Translations under genes and position numbers: made by a program
The notes under the pieces: generated by a model
Database searches by the model: none
What the model was told of the DNA's origin: nothing
What the model saw: only the letters and a program-made list of their open reading frames with translations
Source of the DNA: Toensbergia leucococca
Taxonomy: Eukaryota
Length of the DNA stretch: 64,000 nt
Assembly: GCA_022813965.1 (NCBI GenBank)
Contig: JALDZS010000112.1
Location: 1-64,000, forward strand
Reading direction: 5' to 3'
Shown here: one piece after another, positions 1-12,172 of the stretch
Layout of the letters: each line of letters opens with the position of its first letter
Numbering within the stretch: the first letter of the stretch is position 1

Positions 1-288
1 TTGTAGACCTCGTTGATACTAACTGTTTAGGAGAAACGGTAAAGAGCTTAGACGTCCCTTGATATTGCTGTAGACTATAGCATATTAAAAGCAGGGGCGG
101 ATTTTGAGTAAGAAAAAAGACGCCCCAACAGACACGGTAAATCTAATCTACTTATTGCGAAATCTCTAGAAGGCCCGAGCAATCCTTTCTAAGTAGGCCA
201 AGCGCCTTTTGTTGTTTTGAACATAAGAAAGATTCTTTCACGAGTCAAAGTTGTACCCAGGAGCCTAAGCACTTCAAGCCCCAACCCC

Positions 289-1430
289 TCACCTCCTCCC
301 CATACCACCCACGACCAAAATCACACTTCCCATCTGCCTTCTCAAATCCTCCTTCTCCACATCATGCGTATCCTCCACCTCGCCCCACTGGCTTGTCTGC
401 CACCTCACCTCCAAGCTGCACGCCTCAGCCGCCTCCTCGATGCCAAACGTTCTCTCCCCCCTCCCCACATCTCTGAATTCTTCACTCCATTCCACCACCA
501 ATCTCGCACCGACACACAAACTCTTTCCAGCCAGCACTGCTCGTTCTAGTCCGGCGAGCTCCCAGGCCGGTAGACCCGCCATCCAACCTTTGATGACAGC
601 GTGAGTGGCTGCTGGTTGGTTGATTGGTAGTATGGAGCCCCCAGACAAGGTGTCAATGGCGGGTTTGAGTTCTATACCGGGCCAGACGTATTGAGTCAAA
701 TAGGTGATGATAGGCTGGGCAGTCCTGATCTGTAGTTCACGCAGGGAGTCCGGTTCGGAGGTTTCCGGTGCCCAGCAGAGCAGGGTATCGGTATCTAGAT
801 AGCGGGAAAGGTTGTTGATGATTTCAGCGCGGATTTTGGATGAGGGGGAGGCGTCTTGGAGGGAGATGTCGTGGGCGCGGCTGGCGATGGAGGTGAGGGG
901 GAGGAGGTGGGAGCGAGTGGCTTGTTGGGCGGAGATTAGGAGGTCCCATTCTAGAGCTATAGCGGAGGCGAGGTGGGGTTTTGAGGAGGGGATTGGAAGG
1001 GGGGTCTTAGTGGAGGGGTTTCGGACAGGGCGGGCATCGAGGTGGATGATGTGGTGCCCTTCTATGTATGCGTTCTTGGATTAGGGTTGAACCTTGGGTA
1101 CAGGGGATACTGGGGCCTACCGGGCGTGGTCTTCACGCTCACGTCTTTCCAGAATCGCTTTTTCATTGCGCTGCCGGGTTTCATTTGGCTGGCGCGGAGG
1201 TCTTGGCCGCGTTTGAGCAGCTCGGCTTGTCGCTGGCGGCGTTCAAGGCGCCGACGGTAGTCTGATGCTGCGGGGAGAGGGGCTGGAGGTGGGGGGCCAG
1301 CGGTGGTGATGGGAAGGGCGGTGGCGGAGGTGGGGGCCGTGGTGTGGAGGCATTTGAACGGCGATGAAGAGAGTGTTCGACGGGGTGTATAGAGTAGTGA
1401 AGACGAAGCAATGGGGTTTAGACGTTTCAT
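289..1430 (-). CDS. ATP12: Mitochondrial F1-ATPase assembly chaperone Atp12 (2 exons)
   Basis: ATG at 1430 gives a basic presequence-like N-terminus, then MKKRFWKDVSV. After one intron (~1060-1120) come HLDARPVRNP, AIALEWD, RYLDTDTLLCWAP and a C-terminal WGEVEDTHDVEKEDLRRQ, all typical of Atp12. Confidence 0.93.
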
Positions 1431-3198
1431 TGTTGATGGGTTTTTGTGTTCTTGCTGTGTTTGTGCAACGACGTCACGTTGCGGCAAGCGAGCCCTATTC
1501 TATTCTATTTAGTCCTAGTCTTCTAGATGGCTTGGAAGTCAATAAGCACCTCCACGTCTACTCGCTCTTGCCTCTACTCCGTACCTCGAGTCTATCTGTC
1601 GATTACTCAAGAGCCCCGACACTTACACTCCTCTCTCACAGTCTTGCTTCCGTGATTATTACCATTGCTCAACCTGCTATTCTTTCGTCATTGGCTATTC
1701 TTTGGTGTGGGAGTACTTCGCCTCAACCATTGCTCTGTTATTTCGGCCGAATTTTGCACCTTGCTGACCCTTTTTGTCTACATGTTGACTAAACATTGTG
1801 GCGCTTTCTATTAAGTCCATGAGTTGAGTCTACAACTGGTAGAGGTTACCTTATGACCTCCTTTTCTGTCGAGTCTCGAATGACGAATGGCAGTCTGCAA
1901 AGCCATCTAGAAACCAACCATGTGATGTCTTTTTATCCCTCAGGAAAAAATGAGCCTCTGCGGCATGGCGGCCGCACAGCAGCGGTGAGCGAAGTCAATT
2001 AAATTTCTTTTAATTCTTTTATTCTATCTTTATTTCTGGACCGCATTCTGTTCCTGCATTCCTAGCTAGAATTCCTAAGGTCGGATAAGGATTTTGATTC
2101 CTCACACCTCAGGAGCTCTGAAGGAGGCCACTTCCCGTGGATCCGGGACTCCCTAGCGGACCTTACAAATGTCTCCACGGCCACAAAGGAGAACTACGTG
2201 GGTGGCAAGCATACGGAAGCACAGGTGCCGAAGCGGTGCGGCCGAGAGGTGATGGCTCAAGCACGTCTGCTGACTTAGGTACTTGCTTGCCGTTCTGTCC
2301 TTCGAAAATTCACACGTGGCTTTGTTTTATGGAATCAATCCATCCGAGATATCAACCTCCGTGCTATAGTAGCCTCAGTCAGCCCTGAAATCACACACAA
2401 GAAGAAACTCTTCCGGGTACGAGTCATCGGAAGGATTTCAAGGATGTAGTAATGACGATGACTGATGGTCATAGCCACCAATACATTTTCACACCGCTCC
2501 AGATGTTCCAGGATTCAAATCCATCAAGATAGCTAAGCCACTTCCCTGATTCCACACATGAGTTACTTTCGTGCAGATACCCCATGTCTCTTCCCCACAA
2601 CACGCTCGTAGGGCGATTTGACCCCTGCCTATCCAAGAATGGAATCGTAACGGCTTTCTACGGAAGGTCGTGACCACAGAATGGGTCTGGTCCCGAGCAA
2701 ATCAATGCTCAATTGCATTTTCAATTTCCCATAATCAGCCCTATCCTGTTCGCCGGGGAAGGCTGCTCTTTTAGGCCGCCGGCTAGTGAATCTTTTCGTA
2801 TGTTGATAGATGATTGTACGGCACCAACGCCTCAGCTAGGATATGGATTGGACACAACAGCCAGCTGAGATATCGTGGGTTGATGTGTTCAATCCGCATC
2901 TCAGGTTAAGCCTGTTGGTGGCGTGAAATCTCTATCGAATGACCAAGAAAATGACACTTTCAAAGCCGCCTCGACGCATATGCAGTTGAGGCGGATCCAA
3001 CATGTGTATCTACGATTGAGGTTTTACTGGAGCTAAGCTCATCCTCAATGTGCCGAGTAATTGACCGCAAGACTTGAAATCCTTGCTCGATATAGCTCAA
3101 GTCTATCTGGAAATATGCTATATATCCCTCGATTTAAAAGCCCGAGAAGCGCTCCCTGATTTGCTATCCTACTAGTACCATTACATACAGCTTTCAGT

Positions 3199-4588
3199 AT
3201 GGCACCAAGCATTGCACAACTGACGGACTCGAACGACCATGAAGAGGCTATCAGCTACGACATAAACCTCCCCTACATACCGCAGACCGAGTCCGAACAA
3301 ATCAAGGCAAGACAAAGAACTGAGTTCCCCGACTACCTCCCAACATGGGATGTGACATGGTTTGACAAGTGCCCAACGTTCGAATACCATGATCCAGCAC
3401 TTCGAGCCGACAAGTCCAAACCAAATCTATTCCAATCGGGAATCACAGCTCGTGACATTACTCCGAAAATGGGCACCATTCTGACTGGTCTGAACTTGAA
3501 AGAACTCACCGATGCTGCCAGAGACGAACTGGCGCTGCTGATCTCAGAGCGGAAGATTGTGGTTCTCCGTAACCAGGAAGAATTTCTACACTCTGGCCCT
3601 CAATATCAGCAAGACTTCATGGCATACTACGGCAAGCCTAACTATCAGCCCGTCTCCGGCTGCGTGAAGGGATTCCCAGGTTTTCATATCATCCATCGAG
3701 ACGGAAACCAGGCGGAAATTGAGAAATTCTTCCAGCACAAGATGACATCCGCTCTCTGGCATCAAGACGTAAGCTACGAGGCCCAACCACCTGGCTACAT
3801 CATGCTTGGGATTCTAGCCTGCCCCGATGTCGGCGGTGACACGGTCTTTTCGAACACCACTGAAGCATATAAGTATACATTACCCCTTTTTCACTCTTAG
3901 ATCTCTTACCTAATCTACACTTAAGCTAAATAACTTACCCTCACAGTCGCCTCTCCCCAACCTTCCAACAAATGATCGACGGGCTCAAAGCTGTCCACAG
4001 TTCCGACAAAATGATCGCCTTCGCCCGCGCCAACAAGGGTCTCGTCCGCAAAGACCCCATCGATTCCATCCACCCAATCGTCCGCGTTCATCCCGTCACA
4101 GGGGAAAGATCAATTTTTCTTAACGAGGAATTCATACGTGGCATCGTAGGGCTCAAGGAGCAGGAATCGGATCTGCTTTTGAAGTTTCTGCTCAACCATA
4201 TTTGCTTGGGTCATGATTTTCAGGCTAGGGTGCAGTGGGAGAAGTACTCAGTCGTTATGTTTGATGGGCGGACTACGCTTCGTGAGTGCTTTCCTTGTTT
4301 TCGCTTTTTTTCCCCCTGACCTTCTTGCCTTGAGACGAGGAAGGAAGAGGCACTTTTACTTGAAAGTGCCAAAAGAAACAGAGTTCCAAGGAGCTTCACA
4401 ACTAAGGAGGGAGAGAGGTGTTGAAATCACGCTCTCATCTTGTATTTCCAAACCCTCAAGAATCAAGACTAACATTCTCCCTTTGACTAGACACCGCAAC
4501 GGTAGACTACGACAGCCGCCTCCAAGCCCGCCACATCTTCCGCCTGGCATCCATGACCGAAAAACCCATCCCCGTCGTCCACGACTAA
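3199..4588 (+). CDS. TauD/TfdA-family alpha-ketoglutarate-dependent (sulfonate/taurine) dioxygenase, 3 exons
   Basis: WHQDVSYE (HxD), GGDTVF and HPIVRVHPVTGERSIFLN are present. The third His is formed across intron 4282-4490 (DGRTTLH-TATVDY). Stop TAA at 4586-4588. Confidence 0.92.
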
Positions 4589-5327
4589 CCAAGATCATCT
4601 AACTGACCGAAAGCAAAAACGAGATTTCGAAAAAGAAAAGGCTGTTCTGTCTGGGATGGCAAAACTGTGAGAGTTTATCTGGAGGCTTATTTTTCTTGTT
4701 TTGGGGGAAAATTGGGAGGCAAACTTTTTCGAAAAGATTTGTGTGCGAGGGAGGGGTTTTTGGGCTGGGGGGTTGTGACTGTCGTGTTAGCTGTTATCTT
4801 TCAGACTTTTGTGTATGTTTTTCGGGCTTCTTTTTTTAAAATTGACTGGAGGAAAATTGGGGGAAATACTTGATTTTTTGAGACGATGACGGGGCCTGGG
4901 AATAATGGATGTTTTGGTTCTTTGGGCTACTCTGCCCTTTGCTTCCTGAGTGATGAGAGAATGACAGACACGAGCCCATCAAAGGGGCACAGGCTAAAGC
5001 TCGCTCTGGCTTACTGGAATTTGTGAGGTAACATACAAAGCCATCAGAGTGAGACAATCAGGGACTTCCTGGCTCACACTTCGAGAGCCCCCAGCCTTCC
5101 AGATTAGAGTGAGAGCCAGGGGGGGTGGAGAGTGCGAGGATAGATTCACATCTAGATTCATTTCCTCCCTCCGTAAACAACCAGAGTTACACAGGACCCA
5201 TTCCACCAATTCCTAACCACCCGAATTCCCAGCCCAAAACACCCCGTCGTCACCATCATCCCCAAGGCCAAAAACTCTTAAATAAAACCGCCCTAGCATC
5301 ACTGAACCCTCTAGAGCCCATCCCAGT

Positions 5328-6572
5328 TCACTCGGAAGTGGGGACAGTAGCATTGCCTTTGACCTCACGCGGAGGCCACTCCGGCGCCGGTGCAGACAAA
5401 AGCGCGCAGATATCCTTCCGCCTCTTCCGAAAATCATCATACAAGCCCTTCCAAATGTCCCTGTCTCGGCAATCCGTTTTGCCTCCTCTCTGACCCTCCT
5501 CAGCAGCACCCTCCCCGCTCGCGCTCGTCTTGCACTTGGGCATCATCTCGCCCACCAGATTCCACGGCCACATGACCCATGGCTTCGGCAGCGGCCAGTC
5601 GGAAAAATGCACCAGGCTCGCCTCCCGGAGCACCTTCTCCGGATCCCAAACCTCGTAGTCATTGCCCAGGAAATTGTCGTGGTCCGCGGCGCGGAATTCG
5701 CCCGTGATGAGCCCGTACTGTCGGTGTGGTAGCACCATTGCGGAATCCCAGTAGATCGTGTTTAAAATGTCCATGTCGTAGGGGTTTTGGTTGGGGGTGT
5801 GGGCTGCGGCGAGGAGGGTCTCGAAGGCGAGTGTGGAGGGTTCCAGCAGGAGGAAGAGGGAGGTGAGGGTTTGTTGGGTGGGGAGGGTCCAGTAGGCACG
5901 GGGTAGGGCAAGAGGGGAGGATGGGAGGAGGAAGAGGGAGTCCATGTGGGCGAGGAGGGTGCTGTCGGAATCGAAGTGGAGGATGCGGTCGTATTGGGTT
6001 TGGTTGAAGGTAAGAAGTTTTGTTAGGCTGGAGGACCAGGTTGTTTGGCTCTTTTCTGAGAAGGAAAATTAGATGCCATGAGACAGGATTCTTGCTGTGG
6101 GACGACGTTTGTAAGGAGGTGTTTCCTCACCCTTCCTATCCTCTGCCTCCAGCACGTCCACAGGGATCAATTTAACCTTGTACCAATCCCTCGCCTTCAC
6201 AAGTAACTGGCTATCTCGATCAGAGGTGTTCGCAATATCCACGTCCCATTCGCGGGGGTACAGCAAGATGCGATCGGCCTTACTGCCAAGGCGGTCCAGG
6301 GTCTCGAAAACCATGACCGAGTTGCAGAGGTAGGGGCTGCTGGTGGCATATTGGCTGTAGGCGTAGCGGGACCAGTCGACGGATTTGTAGAGGAGAGAAG
6401 GCTTGTGAAGGGGTTTCGAGGGCGGGCGCCAGAAACACCAGTAGATGAGGAGGAGGACGCACGATGCTGTTGCTACAGACCTACGAGAGCGACGGGGGAA
6501 GTAGGATTGGGACGAGGGCGGAGCGGAGCGGTGGTCATGTCGTGGAGACTTGGACCGAGGGTCGAAGGTCAT
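5328..6572 (-). CDS. Glycosyltransferase family 8, Gnt1-like glucose N-acetyltransferase (2 exons)
   Basis: N-terminal type II TM anchor, YAYSQYAT..YLCNSVM, TKLLTFNQTQYDRILHFDSD (DxD) across the intron, and HFSDWPLPKPW. Confidence 0.88.
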
Positions 6573-6784
6573 TGGCGTGCAAATAAGGAAGACATTTCAT
6601 ACGGAAAAGTCGAACATTTCTAATTACTTCCAAAGGTACAGACGTAGGGAGGCTCAAGTGCCTTGTTAAAGTACATAAGGAGGTGGCCCGTCCATCTGCG
6701 GCTATCGACTTATCGACAGCTACAAAATTAAGCTAGTCGTAGTAATTTTGAAATAGCCCTCTATGTGAGAAGTGGAAGCAGTCT

Positions 6785-9700
6785 TCAGAAGATATCGTCC
6801 ACACCTTCCCACTTCCCGCCTTTGGCCACGCCATCTCTCATCCGCCAGTACTCCCCATTGGAGATCCAATACTCCTCCCCTGTGATTTCGCATTTACCTT
6901 TGCTAAACCACTTGGGAATAAATTCTTCCCCATTCGCTTCGCGTTCCCTTCTCGTAGCCCTCTGCTTCTCTTCCACCCTGTTCTTCTCAGTGGCAGCAAA
7001 ATCGTATTCACCGTCTTCCATAGCACGCTGATCCGGTCGGAGTCGCGTGTCCGTCGATGGTAAAACGGAACGCAGCTTCTCGGGAAGAGCGTTTAGTGTC
7101 ACAACAAACGGAGTAAGGTTGAAAGGTATACCGGTTGGCCGTTTGTGAGCTTCCCAGACAAGGAAGGCTTGTGTTGAATCTAGCTCTGAGACTCGAGATT
7201 GTCCGTTTGTTGGCTCGACCGAGCCTTCATATCCAGGCGTAAGTCTCGCGTAGATCTTATCATTCCATCGGCCTCCTACACTCCACCTGGTCTTTCCATC
7301 CGCACTAGTGACCCTGCCACTGACTTGATATGCAGAGGAAGCTTTCCAGCCCCGCTGCTTGAATTCAAGAGTGCAAGTCTCGCCCGTTGTCCAATTTTTA
7401 ATTTCCATAGATCCGTAATTGTCAACAGTAGGGGAACCGGTAATAATCCCGACGACTGAGGACGTGACCTTCTTCCACGTATAAAGCTCCTCGCCACCTG
7501 ATATCGGACGCAATTTGAGAAACCAGGTTCCTAACGGGTTAATGTCGAAAGATTTGCCGTAGAACTTTGACTTCACAGCCGATTCGCCCTATTTACGACA
7601 TTAGCTCTCTAAAGCACCTAAACGATTGAATACTAACATAGTAGTCCCATTTCGAAGACTCTGCCCATGCGGCACCAATTGGTGGGTGATGGCTGACTTG
7701 TTCGATGTAGAAACGATAGCCCTTGTCCGGTCTTACATACTCGTAAGTTTCACCCAATAAAGGATTAAATGGTTTTGCAACACGACCAATCGTTGAAGCG
7801 TATTCGCTTGCTGCAAACGCCGCGACATAGACCATTCTTTCGGTGGAGTCGGCTCGATCAGCCGCGGTATCAAGCAGATCGGTATACTCCATGTCTTCAG
7901 CCACACGCTGTAGCAGCGAAGTTGGCTCATTGAAAGATACTGGTAATGTCATCTTCGTCATGTCTTTACCTATCATGGACTTTAATATACCCTGTCTTCA
8001 CTATCAGCATGAATGCAAGGGTAGATTGACAGTATTGATCTCACCCAAAGGGATATTTTCGGTCTGTCATCCGCATCCATTGTCAAACGCTTCCGAACAG
8101 GATCTTCATACCCCTTGAATGAAGGTATTATCTGTGATTTCTTCGCTTCACGAATATCATCCTCCGTTGCTTTTTCACCAGGTTCCATGGCAGGCGGTGG
8201 AGAGAGTGGCATTTCGCTGATGACTTCGACCTCTCCCGCGTCTACAGCATCAAAAAACTCTTCGTCCTCGTCCTCGTCAGAATCAGCCAAATTGGTCAAG
8301 TCTGCAATCGTAGATTTCCGTCTTTCTCGAATTCCCACAGACTTCCGTCTTGGAAGGGCAGTGATTGGAGTAGATGCAGAATCAGAACGATCTGTTCCTA
8401 TTCTGAAGCTCCCCATCGCCTGTGATATTCGGTCGTGGTCTTCCGATGTGCCTCTGCTTAATTGGGGACTCTGAGCCGCTGAAGTACTCTCCAGAACTTC
8501 ACGGAGAGCCCTTTTTGTACGCTTCCTCTTGTCCTCGGATTCCCCAATTCTTCCTTCCAGCTCCTCTTGATCCTTGGCAACTCTGGCCATGCTGTCTTCC
8601 CAAAGTCGTCGAATGTCGGCTTCTCGGTCCAGCCTATACTGCCAATAGGCATCACGATCACGGGCAATCTTGAGAAGATCGCCTACAAGACCCTGCAAGC
8701 TGCGAACAGCAGCTTCATAGGTAAATATAGCCTGTGATACCGTAGGACTACATATATGCGTTGTTGGGTTTCTAGAGCTCTCTGCCTGCAACGCTGTCGA
8801 CACTTGGGCAAGTAGTGCAAGCTGCAAATTGGCAGATTCTGCAGTGATATTAAATGCATCTTTGCTGGTGGGTTGAGCCTCGTGGCTGCTAGCATCATCA
8901 CCATATTCTTCTTCTTCGTCTAAATCACCTCCTATTGTGGCCGTGTTTACTCGTGTCATGTCAACAACGCTAGGTTCATACGATCCGTATCCTGAGGGTT
9001 CGTCGTCGCCGACAAAACTTCCAGGCGCCATGGTTGAGCCATGAGTAGACATATATGAAGAAGTCCTTGTGAGAGCGAGTGAAGTAGCAGGGACTGGTCC
9101 TTTGCCTCCAAGCTTAGTGGCAACGTCTAGATTTCCAGACTCTCGAATACTATCGGTACTCGGAAGCTGTTTCCCTGATTTTGCTTGACGTAAGGCTTCG
9201 ATGTCACGATGTCTTTGCTTTTCTTCTCCCTTTGCCTCATCTTTGGTCCATTGAATTGCGTTATTTAGAGTCCAAAACCATCTCTTTGCTTCGACAACGT
9301 GATTCGCCTTGAGATGATACTTGACAGATGACTTCCCTTGAATCTCGAATCTAGTCTTGTCTTGAGGGTCCATGTAGAGACTAGCGATCTTCATATTGAT
9401 TGCACCACGGCAAGCCGAGTTGGCGTCATCTGCTAACAGTTAGTCTGATGATTTACATCACGGAAATGGCAGAATCGTACCTTGATGCTTATAATAACTC
9501 AATATTCCATCTTCAAGGCTGAACCATCTTAGCTTATAACCACTTGTATAGTTTGTCCATTTCTTCAAATAGCCCTTCATTTCGCGACCATCCTTTCCAC
9601 CCGGCGAATCATCTGCTGCCTGAGATGAAGCGCTCCTGAGAATTGTCTTTTCTTGGACGCCTCTTTGAGCGGCAACTGCAGCAGGGGATTTCTTTAAAAT

Positions 9701-10898
9701 AGAGCGGGTCTTGTCATCCCTGGTAACGTCCTGAGGCAACTTGCCCTTACGATCTCGTCGAAAAGGATCTGCTCCATGCATCAACAACATCTGGATAAGT
9801 CGAGTATCTTTACTTCGTGCAGCTTCGTGAAGTAGCGTCCCTCCGGTTTGCAACGTAGTTGGATCTGTCGCGAGCTCTCCACCATTCACGTCGAGTACAC
9901 TTTCGACTCGCGGATCCTCGAGTATACTCTCAAACCCCTCGTAATTCCCCTTGGCAAGCAGCGCTTGAATCTCCTTGACCTTTGTATCTACGAACAGCGA
10001 ACGAGAAAGCTGCAGTTGCTGAAAGATCTCTGGAGTTCGCGCTAAATCAAGTGGTGAACGACCTTGATAATTCCTAAGCGTGTCATTTATACCTGGCTGT
10101 TCCAATAGTATGCGGACAGTCGAATTACGCCCAAGCAGAGATGCTAGGTGAATAGGGGTGTTGCCATCACGATCCCGGGCATTGATATCAACTTTTGCTC
10201 CCGGCGTAGCCTTCGCAACGGACAAGATTTGCTCTACTACCACAGGGTCTGCACATTGGATAGCCAAGTGGAGCATTGTGGTACCTTCCAAAGCGCCGGA
10301 TGAACTTACAGGAGCAGTCACGCTCATCTCCCCATCCTCTTCAATGGGAGGCATTTCAGAAGTGTCCTTGACTGCCTTGGCTATCAAAGCATTATCCCCA
10401 CTCCGCAAGATCTCGAACATTTTGAACATCTTCACGGACTGCTCGATGGTCAGGCTAGCGTCTTGTGTCTTGAGTGTAAGATTCGGAGCCGAGGTAGAAG
10501 CGGTATTCGGTCCGGCTCGGTCATGTGTCGAAATACCTGGGCCACGTTCTTTATTACGAGAGGGACGTAGGTGGCCAAAGGGAAGATGTGAAGATGGCGC
10601 GCTAGTCGTAGGAGATCCAGAAGGAGATCCTGCGTCGGATGCCGCAATGCTTGAACGGTCGTCATTGTAATCTTCATTCTTAGAACGATCTCGATGCAAC
10701 AATGAGAGTGCCAGGCCGGATTTCGTTCGTTTGTGGGCGGACCTGATCATGTTATTAGCTTTGAAATGAATCCAAGAGGTATTTATAAGGTCAATGATGA
10801 CTTCAAAGACCACAAGAACGTCAACGTCCTGGAAGTGACTAAACAATGAATAGGGATCACGACAAGGAACATTACCTCTCTGCGCTTTTGTCGGCCAT
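6785..10898 (-). CDS. Oxysterol-binding protein with ankyrin repeats, PH domain and FFAT motif (Osh1/Swh1-like), multi-exon
   Basis: Micro first exon MADKSAE spliced to RSAHKRTKS. Ankyrin repeats ([17 protein letters not shown]), PH domain ([19 protein letters not shown]), FFAT motif EEFFDA and OSBP signature EQVSHHPP are all present. Confidence 0.95.
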
Positions 10899-11250
10899 TT
10901 TGTCTCCACTATGGCTTTCTGCACTTTGCACGCCGCAGATGCCTAGTAGCGGCAGAACCGGAAGGGAAGGAGCAGGTGCTTAGGGTTTCAAAGGTTTCAA
11001 TTGATGGGGTGTGATGATTGCCGCTCGGCCCTACGAGAGTTCCTATGAGTAGGAGTACAATCATCCCACCAGATTCCGTTTCGCCGCTGTGAATAGAGCA
11101 GGGGGTAGGCCTACGTCATCTAGAATGACCCCAATGCTCGAGATTTTGTCCGTGTCGTTGCTATCCATTCTAACATAACACTTGGAGCAGGTATCTTTTC
11201 ACACTGATAATTAACGGGTGGGTACACCCCACCCCCCCTCAGCTAGAATA

Positions 11251-11918
11251 CTGCCCGGGCGCAAAATCACCGAGGGAAATTTTATCATTCTGCACCACAT
11301 CTTGCCTCGATTCCCCACCATCTTTGCATGCCTTACACCTTTTGAATCCGCGTGCTATCTACTACCTCCACTGCAGTGGGGAACCATCCTGATATTGTAT
11401 CACATTTTCACTTAATTCTCCACCCCGGGCGCAATACCATGGATTTTGATCTACCTCCACCTCGTAAATGAACCTGAACCCTCACCTTCACCTTCACTCA
11501 CAGGTTGAGAGGATAGAGCAGGCGGCGGCCTTGCGTGGAAGAGAACCCCGGGGTCCGGGGGTGGGGGGTGTGATGGAGGGAGACCTAGAAGGGGAGGGCG
11601 AGGGGGAGGGCGATGGGGAGGTGCAGGAGCGTGTGAACGTCACCGTGCCTGTGGATAACAGAGTATTTCACGATTTTGGAAGGAGGTAGATAGCTTGCAA
11701 AATCATGATGTATTTGCGCCCGGGGGGTGATCGTGCGCCCGGGGGTGAGGGAATCAAGTCAGGATATGGTACAAAAGCATGGATTTTCTCCTGAGTAATT
11801 TGGCTTCTAGATGGCACGCAAATGAAACAACTAGATAGCTTGCAAATGTGGTAGGGAATTGAGGCAAGATGTGGTGCAGAATGATAAAATTTCCCTCGGT
11901 GATTTTGCGCCCGGGCAG
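11251..11918. mobile_element. Non-autonomous DNA transposon (MITE/foldback), 668 bp, with long terminal inverted repeats
   Basis: The left end CTGCCCGGGCGCAAAATCACCGAGGGAAATTTTATCATTCTGCACCACATCTTGCCTC is the exact reverse complement of 11861-11918 (58 bp), and the match continues imperfectly to ~80 bp. TA flanks both ends. There is no transposase ORF. Confidence 0.92.
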
Positions 11919-12172
11919 TAGAACACCCTAGTTAATAATGATGAGCCTCAAGTTACGAAGTCCAGTCAGTGAAGTCATCATATTCTTGCAACATCTAGAT
12001 CTACCTATATAGCTACATTTAACGCTGTAAGCCTCAAGTTGTTGATTGAATAGCTCGAAGCGCATGATACTTATTGCAGGATGACACAGCCCGCCAAGTT
12101 ATAATATGGTGAGATGTTTGCCTGCGTAGGTGCACAGAATGGTGCGCTTATTGGAGGATCGGAAACCTATGA

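Noticed and set aside
3199..6572. TauD plus GT8 (or the MFS region) as a secondary-metabolite cluster
   Set aside because: No PKS, NRPS or terpene backbone gene and no cluster regulator is present in the window.
11468..11689. 73-aa ORF inside the MITE (and ORF 11218-11415)
   Set aside because: It arises from hexamer repeats of the foldback element and has no transposase motifs.
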